This document shows, piece by piece, positions 30,468-40,822 of a stretch of DNA of 64,000 nt. The stretch spans positions 2,867 to 66,866 of the forward strand of contig JACZJV010000148.1 in NCBI GenBank assembly GCA_014860355.1, in the 5' to 3' direction. Source of the DNA: Burkholderiales bacterium. GTDB taxonomy: Bacteria > Pseudomonadota > Gammaproteobacteria > Burkholderiales > SG8-39. The notes beneath the pieces were generated by a model. It was not told the origin of the DNA. It searched no databases and saw nothing but the letters and a program-made list of their open reading frames with translations. The position numbers were made by a program, and so were the translations under genes. The first letter of the stretch is position 1. The number at the start of each line of letters is the position of its first letter.

Positions 30468-31556
30468 TTAGTTCAGCACCCGCGCGAGTATGCGTAGGTC
30501 GCCGCCTATGGTCTGCACATCGGTGAATTGTACCAGCCGCCTGTGCGCAAGGTCCGCCAGCGCAGGGAGGCTGAACATGCCGCGTGCGCCATCGCCGAGT
30601 ATGCCGGGCGCCAGATAGAGCAGCAGTTCATCGGCCAGTCCTGCGCCGAGCAGGGAGCCGTTCAGCTTGAATCCGGCCTCGACATGCACTTCGTTGATTT
30701 CGCGGCGCGCGAGTTCGCGCATGAGTTCGGTCAATTCCACCTTGCCGCGCGCATTCGGCAGCACCACCACCTCGGCGCCCTGCTCCTGCAGGGCGGCGAT
30801 GCCGGCGTCGTCGCGTACGGCGGCGGCGACAAGCACCTTGCCGCTGCCGAGCAGCTTCGCCGACAGCGGCAATTCCATGCGGCTGTCCACCACCACCTTG
30901 AGCGGCTGGCGCGGGGTTTGGACATCGCGCACGTTCAACTGCGGGTCGTCGTCCCTGACCGTGCCGATGCCGGTGAGCACGGCGCAGGCGCGCGCGCGCC
31001 AGGCGTGGCCGTCGCGGCGCGCTTGCGGCCCGGTGATCCACTGGCTCTGGCCGTTGGCGAGCGCGGTCCTGCCATCGAGGCTCGCCGCGATTTTCAGGCG
31101 CACCCATGGCCGGCCGCGGCTCATGCGCGCGATGAAGCCTGGGTTGAGCGCCTGCGCTTCATCCTGCATCAGGCCGGACTCGACCTGGATACCCGCGGCG
31201 CGCAAGGCGGCGTAGCCGCTGCCGGCAACGCTCGGGTTCGGATCCTGCATCGCCGCGACCACGCGCGCGACCCCGGCTGCGATCAGCGCATCGACGCAGG
31301 GCGGCGTGCGTCCGTGGTGGCTGCAGGGTTCCAGCGAGACGTAGGCGGTGGCGCCGCGCGCAGCTGCGCCTGCTGCGCGCAGCGCCAGAATTTCCGCGTG
31401 CGGACCTCCGGTCTTTTCATGCCATCCGGCACCTACCGCCTGGCCTTCGCGCACGATCACGCAGCCGACGCGCGGATTGGGCGTCGCGGTGTACAGCCCC
31501 TTTTCCGCCAGGCGCAGCGCTTCGGCCATGTGCTGCTGATCGACGGGGCTGAACAT
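30468..31556 (-). CDS. ribD: Bifunctional riboflavin biosynthesis deaminase/reductase RibD
   Basis: 362 aa. Deaminase zinc motif HAE...PCSHHGRTPPC, followed by the reductase domain. Confidence 0.92.
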   Translation of the reverse strand: MFSPVDQQHMAEALRLAEKGLYTATPNPRVGCVIVREGQAVGAGWHEKTGGPHAEILALRAAGAAARGATAYVSLEPCSHHGRTPPCVDALIAAGVARVVAAMQDPNPSVAGSGYAALRAAGIQVESGLMQDEAQALNPGFIARMSRGRPWVRLKIAASLDGRTALANGQSQWITGPQARRDGHAWRARACAVLTGIGTVRDDDPQLNVRDVQTPRQPLKVVVDSRMELPLSAKLLGSGKVLVAAAVRDDAGIAALQEQGAEVVVLPNARGKVELTELMRELARREINEVHVEAGFKLNGSLLGAGLADELLLYLAPGILGDGARGMFSLPALADLAHRRLVQFTDVQTIGGDLRILARVLN

Positions 31557-31602
31557 GCAGGCAGCGCGTCAGGGGCAAAAGTCGCCGGGGCCCGGGGCGG
31601 CC

Positions 31603-32073
31603 CTAGCGCCGGGCTTTGCGGCCCGGGCGCTTGACCTGCAAAATGGCGTCGCGGAAATCGTCGACGCGCTGAAAGTCCTCGTATACCGAGGCGAAACGGA
31701 TGTAGGCGACGTCGTCCATTTTTTTGAGTTCGCGCATAACCAGCTCGCCGATGGTGCGCGACTTGATCTCGCGCTCGCCCAGGGCGAGGATGCGCGCCTC
31801 GACGCGGTTGATCGCGTCGTCGACGTTGTCGGTCGGCACCGGGCGCTTGTGCAGCGCGCGCATGAAGCCGGTGCGGATCTTCTCGCGATCATAGGCGGTA
31901 CGGTAGCCGTTCGACTTGATCACCGTGGGCATGGCGAGTTCCACCCGTTCGTAGGTGGTGAAGCGTTTGCCGCAGTCCTTGCACTGGCGCCGGCGGCGCA
32001 CGCTGGCGGCGTCCTCGGACAAACGCGAGTCGATGACCGCGGTATCCTCGGCTTTGCAGAAAGGGCATTTCAC
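31603..32073 (-). CDS. nrdR: Transcriptional repressor NrdR
   Basis: 156 aa. Zinc ribbon MKCPFC...[12 protein letters not shown] followed by an ATP-cone. Confidence 0.93.
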   Translation of the reverse strand: MKCPFCKAEDTAVIDSRLSEDAASVRRRRQCKDCGKRFTTYERVELAMPTVIKSNGYRTAYDREKIRTGFMRALHKRPVPTDNVDDAINRVEARILALGEREIKSRTIGELVMRELKKMDDVAYIRFASVYEDFQRVDDFRDAILQVKRPGRKARR

Positions 32074-33365
32074 GATGTTGCGGCGACACTAGGCGCGGCG
32101 TCCGGGCTGGCGGCCTTCCCGTCGCCATAAACGGGAAACCGCCGGCACAGCTCCCGGGTCTGCGCGAGCACGCGCTGTTGCACCGCTACGCTTTGCGGCG
32201 CCTCGAGCACATCGGCGATCAGCTTGGCGAGCTGTTCGGATTCCGCGATGCCGAAACCGCGCGTGGTGATCGCGGGGCTGCCGATGCGAATGCCGCTGGT
32301 CACGGTGGGCTTTTCCGGATCGTTCGGAATCGCGTTCTTGTTGACGGTCATGTGCGCGCGTCCGAGAGCGTCCTCGGCGTCACGGCCGGTGATGTTCTTC
32401 GCGCGCAGGTCCACCAGGAACATATGGCAATCGGTGCCGCCGGAGACGATGCGCACGCCGCGCTCCTGCAGCACGCGCGCCATGGCCCGGGCGTTGGCGA
32501 TGACCTGCGCCTGGTAGCTCTTGAACTCCGGGGCCAGCGCCTCCTTGAAAGCGACTGCCTTGGCCGCGATGACGTGCATCAGCGGTCCGCCCTGCAGTCC
32601 CGGGAACACGGCCGAGTTGATCGCCTTCTCCTGCTCGGCGCCGGCGAGTATCAGGCCGCCGCGCGGTCCGCGCAGCGTCTTGTGCGTGGTGCTGGTGACG
32701 AAATCGGCGATGCCGATCGGGCTCGGGTACAGGCCGGTGGCGATGAGCCCGGCGTAGTGCGCCACGTCCGCCATCAGCACGGCGCCGACCTCGTCGGCGA
32801 TGGCGCGGAAGCGCTTCCAGTCGATCGCGCGCGAATAGGCGGAGGCGCCGGTGACGATCATGCGCGGCTTGTGCTCGCGCGCAAGACGCGCGACCTCGTC
32901 GAAGTCGATCACTTCCTTCGCGTCCAGACCGTAGGAAACCACGCGATAGAGCTTGCCCGAGAGATTGACCGGCGAGCCGTGGGTAAGATGGCCGCCGTGG
33001 GCGAGCGACATGCCGAGGATGGTGTCCCCGGGCTTGAGCGCCGCGATATACACCGCCTGGTTCGCCTGCGAGCCCGAGTGCGGCTGCACGTTGGCATATT
33101 CAGCGCCGAACAGCTGCTTCGCGCGCGCTATCGCCAGATTTTCCGCGACGTCCACCTGGGCGCAGCCGCCGTAGTAGCGCTTGCCCGGATAGCCTTCCGC
33201 GTACTTGTTGGTGAGCTGCGAGCCCTGCGCCTGGAGCACGGCGCGGCTGACGTAGTTCTCCGAGGCGATCAGCTCGATATGCTGTTCCTGGCGCTGGTTC
33301 TCCGCCTGGATCGCCTGCCACATTTCGCTGTCGGTGCCGGCCAGATCATTGTTGAGCGAGGACAT
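32070..33365 (-). CDS. glyA: Serine hydroxymethyltransferase
   Basis: The start is trimmed to ATG 33365 ([16 protein letters not shown]...). ELIASENY and the [15 protein letters not shown]-lysine motif are present. The gene order glyA-nrdR-ribD-ribE is a conserved arrangement. Confidence 0.93.
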   Translation of the reverse strand: MSSLNNDLAGTDSEMWQAIQAENQRQEQHIELIASENYVSRAVLQAQGSQLTNKYAEGYPGKRYYGGCAQVDVAENLAIARAKQLFGAEYANVQPHSGSQANQAVYIAALKPGDTILGMSLAHGGHLTHGSPVNLSGKLYRVVSYGLDAKEVIDFDEVARLAREHKPRMIVTGASAYSRAIDWKRFRAIADEVGAVLMADVAHYAGLIATGLYPSPIGIADFVTSTTHKTLRGPRGGLILAGAEQEKAINSAVFPGLQGGPLMHVIAAKAVAFKEALAPEFKSYQAQVIANARAMARVLQERGVRIVSGGTDCHMFLVDLRAKNITGRDAEDALGRAHMTVNKNAIPNDPEKPTVTSGIRIGSPAITTRGFGIAESEQLAKLIADVLEAPQSVAVQQRVLAQTRELCRRFPVYGDGKAASPDAAPSVAATS

Positions 33366-33508
33366 GGGGCTAAGCTTGCGCAATGGAGGAAGCGCGATTT
33401 TACCATGTGCAATCGCGCTTGCCGGAAACCGCATACGCGAATCAGATAAATCCGGCAACCGTATGTATCAAAACGACATAATACGGTGCAGCCCGAGCCG
33501 CGCCAGCA

Positions 33509-34930
33509 TCAGGTGATGCGCTTGAGCAGGGCCAGCATGCGCTCGAAGGTCTTGCCGAAAGGCGGGTACATCAGGAACATGCCGTTGAGCCGCGGCTGGA
33601 TGAACACCGGTTTTTCCTTGCTGAAGGTGCGAAAACCCCATTCTCCATGGTAGGAACCCATGCCGCTGGGGCCGACTCCGCCGAAGGGCTGGTCCTCTTG
33701 CGCGATGTGCCAGATGCAGTCGTTGAGCGTGACCCCGCCGGATATCGTCTGCTCTAGCACCTTGTCGCGGCTCGCGCCGTCGGTGCCGAACCAGTACAGG
33801 GCCAGCGGCCGGTCGTGGCGATTGACGTAGGCGATGGCTTCGTCGATCCGGTCGTAGCCCAGCACCGGCAGGATGGGACCGAAAATCTCTTCCTGCATCA
33901 GCTTCATTTCCGGCTTCACGTCGAGCACCAGCACCGGCGGCTGCTTGCGGCGGGCCGGATCGAAGGACTCGCCGGCGGGGTTGATCGCGACGATGCGCGC
34001 GCCCTTGGCCCTGGCATCTTCGAGCAAGCCCTGCAGGCGGGCGAAATGCCGCTCGTTGACGATGCTGGTGTAGTCCGGATTGGCGGCAAGGCGCGGGTAC
34101 ATCTGCGCGACTGCGCGCTGCATCAGTTCGACGAAGGCGTCGATGCGCTCGTTCGGGACGAAGGCGTAGTCGGGTGCGATGCAGGTCTGGCCGGCGTTGA
34201 GCAGCTTGCCGAATGCGAGGCGCGGCACCGCGACGGCAAGATCGCTGGAAGGATCGAGTATGGCCGGCGACTTGCCGCCCAGTTCCAGCGTAACGGGGGT
34301 GAGGTTTTTCGCCGCGGCCTGCGCCACCAGCTTTCCGACGGCAGTGGAACCGGTAAAGAACAGATGGTCGAAGGGCAGCTCGGTAAAGCTTTTCCCGGTC
34401 TGCGCGTCGCCGGTCACCACGGCCATCTCGTCCGCGGCGAAGAACTCGCCCACGATGCGCTGCAGCAGTGCGCAAAAGCCCGGAACCAGCTCGGAGGGCT
34501 TGATCATGACCCGGTTGCCGGCAGCGAGGGCCGCGACCGCGGGCCCGAGCGCGAGCAGATAGGGATAATTCCATGGCGCCACGATGCCGACCACACCCAG
34601 CGGCTGGCGCAGCAGGCGGTTGCTCCCCGGGCGGTAGTGCAGGGCCGTGGGTACGCGCCGCGTCTTCATCCAGGTTTTGAGGTGGCTCTGCGCGTGACGG
34701 ACCGATGCGCCCACCACCAGCAGTTCGGCCATCTGCGTTTCGTGGGCGGAGCGGTGGCCGAAGTCGGCGCTGATCGCTTCGGCAATCTGCGCGGCGTGCT
34801 TTTCACCCATGGCCGCGAGCCGCGCGAGGCGGTCCCGGCGCACTGCGATGTCCGGATTCATCTGTACGGCAAAGGCCGACCGTTGGCGTTCCAGGGTGGC
34901 GTACAACTTCGCGGTGGGTGAATTCTCCAT
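33509..34930 (-). CDS. NAD(P)-dependent aldehyde dehydrogenase (coniferyl-aldehyde dehydrogenase-like subfamily)
   Basis: 473 aa. ELGGKSP and the catalytic-Cys context NAGQTCIAPDY. The N-terminal RRDRLARL pattern is typical of this subfamily. Confidence 0.8.
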   Translation of the reverse strand: MENSPTAKLYATLERQRSAFAVQMNPDIAVRRDRLARLAAMGEKHAAQIAEAISADFGHRSAHETQMAELLVVGASVRHAQSHLKTWMKTRRVPTALHYRPGSNRLLRQPLGVVGIVAPWNYPYLLALGPAVAALAAGNRVMIKPSELVPGFCALLQRIVGEFFAADEMAVVTGDAQTGKSFTELPFDHLFFTGSTAVGKLVAQAAAKNLTPVTLELGGKSPAILDPSSDLAVAVPRLAFGKLLNAGQTCIAPDYAFVPNERIDAFVELMQRAVAQMYPRLAANPDYTSIVNERHFARLQGLLEDARAKGARIVAINPAGESFDPARRKQPPVLVLDVKPEMKLMQEEIFGPILPVLGYDRIDEAIAYVNRHDRPLALYWFGTDGASRDKVLEQTISGGVTLNDCIWHIAQEDQPFGGVGPSGMGSYHGEWGFRTFSKEKPVFIQPRLNGMFLMYPPFGKTFERMLALLKRIT

Positions 34931-35125
34931 GGCGCCTCCTGCAAGCTATATTTGCGAGAATACACCGGTTTGCGTTGTGCGTAGCGCGCATGGCGGCTAA
35001 CGTATGGCGCGGGCCGAGGTTTCGCTGCGCCGGTGTCCGGTCCTTGCGTAACTTCGGTTACATACGCGGCTGCGCCGCCCGGCTAGAATTGCGGTCTGAT
35101 TGATTCAACCAATGAGGAGGGATAC

Positions 35126-35332
35126 ATGAAAGCAAATGTAGGCGGCGTGGACAAGGTTTTGCGCATCGTTGCCGGATTGGGCTTGCTCAGCCTGATCCTG
35201 ATTCTGGAAGGCAATGCCCGCTGGTGGGGGCTGGTCGGCCTGGTGCCGCTTTTGACCGGCGTGGTCAATTTCTGCCCGCTTTACGCCTTGATCGGCGTCA
35301 ATACCTGCCCGTTGAAAGGCAAGGGCGCCTGA
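35126..35332 (+). CDS. DUF2892 (YgaP C-terminal-like) small membrane protein
   Basis: 68 aa. NVGGVDKVLRIVAGLGLL...FCPLYALIGVNTCP is the canonical DUF2892 pattern. AGGAGG RBS. Confidence 0.75.
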   Translation: MKANVGGVDKVLRIVAGLGLLSLILILEGNARWWGLVGLVPLLTGVVNFCPLYALIGVNTCPLKGKGA

Positions 35333-36103
35333 TCAGCGTCCGCCGGAATTCGCGGCGGCTGGTGCGGCCCGGTCCAGCAGCCGTCGCAGCCGCGCGTAGT
35401 GGCTGCCTTCCCAGTAGATGCGCTGGCAGCCCGAGCAAAGCTGGAAGCGCGCATAGACGCCGCGCACTTTCTCCGGCAGGCGCTCCAGCACCTCGGCCTT
35501 GGGCACATCCTGCAACTCCGTATTGCATTCGCGGCAGCGCGTGAACGGGCGCAAGCGCGGCTGCAACTGCAGCGCGCGCACCACCTCGCACAATTGCGCC
35601 TCCGAACCGGTTTCGCGCACGAAGTAGCCGTGCGTGACCAGGCGCTGCTTGAGCAGGCCCTTGTCGCGCGTGAGGATGATGCGGTGCTCGGCCACAGACG
35701 CAGTGATGAGTTCGCTGTCGCGGTAGTCGTTGCGGTAGAGGCAGTCGAAGCCCGCCATGCGCAGGTGCCGGGCGAGCTTGCCCAGATGCGCATCGAGCAC
35801 GAAGCGCGGTTCGCGCAGCGGCTGCGCTCGCAGGTGCTCTAGCGGCGCAATGTCCAGCAGTTCGAACACCGGATACACGGCTACGCGCTCGCCGCCGCGC
35901 AGCACGCGCTCGAAGCCCACGGACCGGCCGTCGACCAGGATCAGGTCGACTTCGGTATGCGGCACGCCGATCGACTCGATCGCATCCTTGACCGAACGCG
36001 TCCCGGCAACGCTGTAATCGAAGCCGGCGTGGCGCCGCCCGGGCGGCAGGAAATCATTCAGTTCCGCGTAGAAGCGGAATTCGGCCGTGGCTGCGGAGGG
36101 CAT
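35333..36103 (-). CDS. Mut7-C RNase-domain protein (ubiquitin-like N-terminus, PIN-like core, C-terminal zinc ribbon)
   Basis: 256 aa. FRFYAELNDFLP start, FVLDAHLGKLARHLRMAGFD, CRECN...CSGCQRIYWEGSH. Confidence 0.7.
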   Translation of the reverse strand: MPSAATAEFRFYAELNDFLPPGRRHAGFDYSVAGTRSVKDAIESIGVPHTEVDLILVDGRSVGFERVLRGGERVAVYPVFELLDIAPLEHLRAQPLREPRFVLDAHLGKLARHLRMAGFDCLYRNDYRDSELITASVAEHRIILTRDKGLLKQRLVTHGYFVRETGSEAQLCEVVRALQLQPRLRPFTRCRECNTELQDVPKAEVLERLPEKVRGVYARFQLCSGCQRIYWEGSHYARLRRLLDRAAPAAANSGGR

Positions 36104-36122
36104 CGTTCCCGGCCCTGTACAG

Positions 36123-37112
36123 CTAGATCAGGCGGCAGAGCGCCTTGATGTCGGCGTTGCCGCCGGAGATGACCACGCCCACGCGCCGGCCGCGCAGATC
36201 ATGCCGGCCCTCGAGCCGGCCCTCGAGCAGGGCTGCAGCGGCGAGGGCGCCGGTGGGCTCGATCACGATTTTCATGCGCTCCCAGATCCAGAACATGCTG
36301 CGCAGCAGCCCGGCATCGCTCACCGTGACCATGTCGTGCACGTAATGCAGCACCAGCGGGTAGGTGATGCTGCCTAGCGAGGGCGTGCGCGCGCCGTCGG
36401 CGATGGTGTCGGGGTTGTGGCAGGTCTGCAGCGTCTTCGAGTGGAACGAGCGCGTGGCATCGTCGCCCGCCTCGGGTTCGACGCCGATCACCTTGCAGCC
36501 CGGCGACCAGTGGCTGGCGGCTACGGCGCAGCCCGAGAGCAAGCCGCCGCCGCCGCAGGGTGCAAGCAGATAGTCCAGCGGACCTGATTCCTCGATCAAT
36601 TCCTTTGCCGCCGTTCCCTGACCGGCGACGACCTGCGCATGATTGTAGGGGGGGATGACTGCCATGCCGCGCTCCCGTGCGATGCTCGCCGCCAGTTCTT
36701 CGCGGCTTGCGGTCTTCGGGTCATAGGTGATGACTTCGGCGCCGTAGCTGCGCGTGGCCTCGAGCTTCACTTGCGGCGCATCCAGCGGCATGACGATCAC
36801 GGTCTTGACGCCGAGCAGCGATCCGGCCAGCGCCACCGCCTGGGCGTGATTGCCCGAGGAGTAGGCGAGCACGCCGCCGCGCTTTTGTTCCGGCGTCAGC
36901 TGCGCCAGCGCGTTGTAGGCGCCGCGGAACTTGAACGCGCCCATGCGCTGGAAATTTTCGCATTTGAAATACACCCGGGCGCCGGTGCGCGCGTCCACTG
37001 TGCGCGAAGTCATCACCGGCGTGCGCAGCGCCTGTCCCTGCAGGCGGGCGGCGGCGGCGGCGATGTCGGCGTGGCCGACGGGCAATGTGGATTCAGCGGT
37101 TTCGGCGTTCAT
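36123..37112 (-). CDS. PLP-dependent threonine/serine dehydratase family protein (serine racemase / 3-hydroxyaspartate ammonia-lyase-like)
   Basis: 329 aa. FKCENFQRMGAFKFRGA (PLP lysine), SSGNHAQ, GGGGL. Confidence 0.8.
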   Translation of the reverse strand: MNAETAESTLPVGHADIAAAAARLQGQALRTPVMTSRTVDARTGARVYFKCENFQRMGAFKFRGAYNALAQLTPEQKRGGVLAYSSGNHAQAVALAGSLLGVKTVIVMPLDAPQVKLEATRSYGAEVITYDPKTASREELAASIARERGMAVIPPYNHAQVVAGQGTAAKELIEESGPLDYLLAPCGGGGLLSGCAVAASHWSPGCKVIGVEPEAGDDATRSFHSKTLQTCHNPDTIADGARTPSLGSITYPLVLHYVHDMVTVSDAGLLRSMFWIWERMKIVIEPTGALAAAALLEGRLEGRHDLRGRRVGVVISGGNADIKALCRLI

Positions 37113-37139
37113 GTCGGTTCCTGTTGGGGTGGCGTGTCT

Positions 37140-38489
37140 TCAACGTATGGTAAGGGTCAGGCGCGAGTCTCCGCGCAGCAGCAGGATGCGCATCGGTCTG
37201 TCGGCCTTGGTCAATGCGGCGAGCAGTTCCGCCACCGAGCGCACCCTGCGGCGGTTGACGGCGTAGAGCACGTCGCCCGGACGCAAGCCCGTCTTCGCAC
37301 CCGGCGAGCCGGCTTCGATGCGCGTGACGATGGCGCCTTGCACCTCGCCATACGCAGGCATCCCCGGCTCGATGTTGGACACGCGCACGCCGGCGAGCTG
37401 CGGCACCGCCTCGCCCGGAATCTCGGTCATGGTATGGAGTTCCCCGATGCGCAGGCGCAGCGGGAGCGCGCGCGCGCCCCGCTGTACGCGCAGATCCACC
37501 GTTTCGCCCACGGGGACGAGCCCCATGCGGTTGCGCAAATCGGCCGAACCGCGCACCGGTCTGCCATTGACTTCGGTCACGATATCGCGCGGCCTCAGGC
37601 CGGCCTGTTCCGCGGGCGAGCCCGGCTCGACCTTGACTACCACGGCGCCCTCGGCCGATTTCGCGGCCAGCGACTGCGCCAGCTCGTGCGTCATGTCCTG
37701 GGTGACCACGCCGACGCGGCCGCGGCGCACTTCGCCGAAACGGATGATCTGGGCCATCACGCTGCGCACCATGTTCGAAGGCACGGCGAAGCCTATGCCG
37801 ACGCTGCTCCCTGAAGGGCCGAGGATGGCGGTATTGATGCCGACCAGTTCGCCCGCGAGGTTCACCAGCGCCCCGCCCGAGTTGCCCGGATTGATCGAGG
37901 CGTCGGTCTGGATGAAATCCTCGTAGCCTTCTATGCCCAGGCCGGTGCGTCCGAGCGCGCTGACGATGCCCGAGGTGACCGTCTGGCCGATGCCGAAGGG
38001 ATTGCCGATGGCGACGACGAAGTCGCCCACGTTCATGGCGTCGGAATCGCCGAATTTGAGCTCGGCCAGATCGCGCGCGTCGATTTTGAGCACGGCGATG
38101 TCGGTGCCCGGGTCGGTGCCGACCAGCTCCGCCTTGAGCGTGCGCCTGTCCTTGAGCGTCACCACCACTTCCTGCGCATTGTCAATCACGTGATTGTTGG
38201 TGAGCACATAGCCGCGCGCGCGGTCGACGATCACCCCGGAGCCGGCGCTTTGCTCCGCGCGCGACGGGCGGTCCGGAATGTTGAAGAATCGCCGGAACAG
38301 GGGGTCGCGAAACAGCGGGTTGTCCTCCATTGGCGCGCGCGTGACCACCGAGATATTGACCACGGCCGGCGTGACCTGCGCCAGCATCGGCGCAAGCGTG
38401 GGCGCGCCCCTTACATCGAGCGGCATGGCCGCCGGGGCGCAATGTGCCGCAATCAGCATGGTCACGGCGGCGGCAACGCGCAGCTGCAT
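37140..38489 (-). CDS. Periplasmic serine endoprotease DegP/DegQ family (protease domain plus two PDZ domains)
   Basis: The start is trimmed to ATG 38489 (signal MQLRVAAAVTMLIAAHCAPA). Catalytic motifs TNNHV, D..IAVLK, GNSGGAL. Two PDZ-like segments. Confidence 0.88.
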   Translation of the reverse strand: MQLRVAAAVTMLIAAHCAPAAMPLDVRGAPTLAPMLAQVTPAVVNISVVTRAPMEDNPLFRDPLFRRFFNIPDRPSRAEQSAGSGVIVDRARGYVLTNNHVIDNAQEVVVTLKDRRTLKAELVGTDPGTDIAVLKIDARDLAELKFGDSDAMNVGDFVVAIGNPFGIGQTVTSGIVSALGRTGLGIEGYEDFIQTDASINPGNSGGALVNLAGELVGINTAILGPSGSSVGIGFAVPSNMVRSVMAQIIRFGEVRRGRVGVVTQDMTHELAQSLAAKSAEGAVVVKVEPGSPAEQAGLRPRDIVTEVNGRPVRGSADLRNRMGLVPVGETVDLRVQRGARALPLRLRIGELHTMTEIPGEAVPQLAGVRVSNIEPGMPAYGEVQGAIVTRIEAGSPGAKTGLRPGDVLYAVNRRRVRSVAELLAALTKADRPMRILLLRGDSRLTLTIR

Positions 38490-38614
38490 GGTCTCGAGCT
38501 CCGGAAAATCGGTTCGAATTGGTTCCTGACAGTATAAGCGGTGATGTGCACCCGCGCTTTCGAAGCTGGGGTATATTGCCATGCTCTGCCACCACACCGC
38601 CTGGGGAGAAAGTC

Positions 38615-39952
38615 ATGACAAACCTGCTGCGACGCGCCCGTGCGCTGCCCATAGTGCTGTTGCTGGCGGCCTGCGCCGCGATCCGGCCGGCTGACCTGGC
38701 CCCGCCCGTCGTATTCGTACACGGCAACGGCGATACCGCGGCGCTGTGGCACACCACCCTGTGGCGCTTCGAATCGAATGGCTATGAGCGCAAGCTGCTG
38801 CACGCGGTCGATCTTTCGTATCCGCTGGCGCGCAGCGTGGACTCCAAGGCGCAGGCGTTTCGATCCTCCGCGGCCGAGCAGATGGCGGAACTCGCGCGCG
38901 CAGTGGCGCAGGTGCGCAAGCGCAGCGGCCGCGACAAGGTGGTGCTCATCGGCAGTTCGCGCGGCGGCAACGCGATACGCAATTACCTCAAGAACGGCGG
39001 CGGCGCGCCCTACGTATCGCACGCCATCCTCGGCGGCACGCCCAACCACGGCGTATCCGACTGGCAGGAAACCCGCGACAGCGAATTCAACGGCAAGGGC
39101 GCGTTCCTGACGCAGCTCAACGCGGGACCCGACGAGGTGGTCGCCGGCGTGCGCTTCATGACCATACGCAGCGACAACAACGACAAGTACGCGCAGCCCG
39201 ATGGCGCGTTTCTGGGCAAGCCCGGCCGCGCCACCGGCGTCGGCTACGACGGCCCCGAGCTCAAGGGCGCGGAAAACGTGGTGATCCCCGGCATCGACCA
39301 TCGCGAGACCGCTTTCAGCGCCCCCGCGTTCGCCCAGATGTATCGCTTCATCACCGGCCATACGCCGGCGCGCACGGACATCGTGCCCGAAGCCGAGGTA
39401 GTGCTGAACGGCAAGGTGAACGTCATGCAGGGCAGCGTACCCACCAACCTGCCCGCGACCGGTGCCAGAGTGGAGATTTATGAAGTCTCGGCTGCGACCG
39501 GCGTGCGCAGCGGGGCCGCCGTGCATGGCAGAACCACGGCAGCCGACGGACTGTGGGGCCCGTTCAAGGCGAAGCCGGGCGCCTACTATGAATTCGTGGT
39601 TCAGGCGCCTGGCCATGCGCCTACCCATATCTACCGCTCGCCGTTTCCGCGCTCCAGCGATATCGTGCACCTGCGGCCGGCAGACTTTGCCAAAGGCGAC
39701 GCGAATGCGGGCAGCGTGGTCGTGATGAGCCGGCCGCGAGGCTATTTCGGCCATGGCCGCGACACCTTCCTGCTCGACGGGCAGGTGCCGCCCGGGATCA
39801 ACAAAGGCGTACCCGGCGGCTCAAGCGGCAAACTGCTGCTGCCCGCAGGGCCGCTGCGCCCGGTGCCCGCGCGCTTCAACGACGAAACGATCACCGTGCA
39901 GAACTGGCCGGCGAAGGACAAGCATCTGGTCATCGCCGAGTTCCATTATTAG
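38615..39952 (+). CDS. Lipoprotein alpha/beta hydrolase (lipase-like) with a beta-rich C-terminal domain
   Basis: ATG 38615 with a GGGGAG RBS. Lipobox LLLAAC. VFVHGNGD and a GSSRG nucleophile elbow. Confidence 0.6.
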   Translation: MTNLLRRARALPIVLLLAACAAIRPADLAPPVVFVHGNGDTAALWHTTLWRFESNGYERKLLHAVDLSYPLARSVDSKAQAFRSSAAEQMAELARAVAQVRKRSGRDKVVLIGSSRGGNAIRNYLKNGGGAPYVSHAILGGTPNHGVSDWQETRDSEFNGKGAFLTQLNAGPDEVVAGVRFMTIRSDNNDKYAQPDGAFLGKPGRATGVGYDGPELKGAENVVIPGIDHRETAFSAPAFAQMYRFITGHTPARTDIVPEAEVVLNGKVNVMQGSVPTNLPATGARVEIYEVSAATGVRSGAAVHGRTTAADGLWGPFKAKPGAYYEFVVQAPGHAPTHIYRSPFPRSSDIVHLRPADFAKGDANAGSVVVMSRPRGYFGHGRDTFLLDGQVPPGINKGVPGGSSGKLLLPAGPLRPVPARFNDETITVQNWPAKDKHLVIAEFHY

Positions 39953-40177
39953 GGCCTGATTCGACGACACCGGCGTCGCGAAACAAGGTGGCGCGCAAGC
40001 ACATGGCCGGCGCACCATCGTGGGCGAGCTTGCGCGCGTATGCCAAGCTTCGCGGGCAGGCTCGCTCCAGCGACTTCCTGCGCATGGCCGGAATGCCTCG
40101 AAATCAGCGAGTCGCAATACCGGGACCTTGGCGACGGCAAGCCAGGTGCCTGAAAGACGTTCGGGGCCGGTTCGCGC

Positions 40178-40378
40178 TTACTTCCGGTCGATCTGGATAT
40201 TTTCCTTGATCCCGCTGTTGGCGACCGAGATCATGATGCCCAGGCCGATCAGGATCGCTACGCCGATCACTATCCAGCTTGTCTCTATGTTCTGCAGAAC
40301 GCCGAGTTTCCAGAGCGCGGCGAGAACGCCGCCGATCAGGATGACGAACCCAACAAAATACATTCCCGCCCACTTCAT
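40178..40378 (-). CDS. Small two-TM membrane protein, unknown function
   Basis: 66 aa, MKWAGMYFVGFVILIGGVLAALWKLG...WIVIGVAILIGLGIMISV. Strong AGGAGG RBS 5 nt upstream. Only the 3' third of ORF 40178..40717 looks coding. Confidence 0.55.
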   Translation of the reverse strand: MKWAGMYFVGFVILIGGVLAALWKLGVLQNIETSWIVIGVAILIGLGIMISVANSGIKENIQIDRK

Positions 40379-40822
40379 GACGCACCTCCTGATACGGATA
40401 GATTCCCAGTTCTGAAGAATATGCGTCGATGCGCGTGCAGTCTGTGTGCTGGCGCACCAAGGGATGGGTCGCCGGCCAGGAATTGCAGAGGGACATCGTA
40501 TGGGGCACGCGCTCGATCGGAAAGCAATTGCGCAGGGTGTCCATACCGGGGAGCAGGCGAAGATCCCGCGCCTGCTGAAGCGCGACGAGATGCAGGGCCG
40601 CTTTTCAGCAAACTGCTCTCGGCGCACAAGGTCGAAGTTTTCCTGCGACCAGCCGCTTTGCCTGCCGCTTCTGCGCACTGACAACCCGCCTTGCTCAGAA
40701 AACGCCTGTACGCGCAATGGTCACTGTTCGAACTTCAAGCAATGACGCGAATCTTCCCTCGATTGTCGTCTGCTGGGTTGGTGGATGCGGACAGGCCTGG
40801 CGCGACCGGAAGAAGCGCCCTC

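Noticed and set aside
40178-40717. The full 179-aa ORF
   Set aside because: Only the last 66 codons (from ATG 40378, with a strong RBS) look like a real protein. The upstream 113 codons are Arg/Ser/Cys-rich and implausible.
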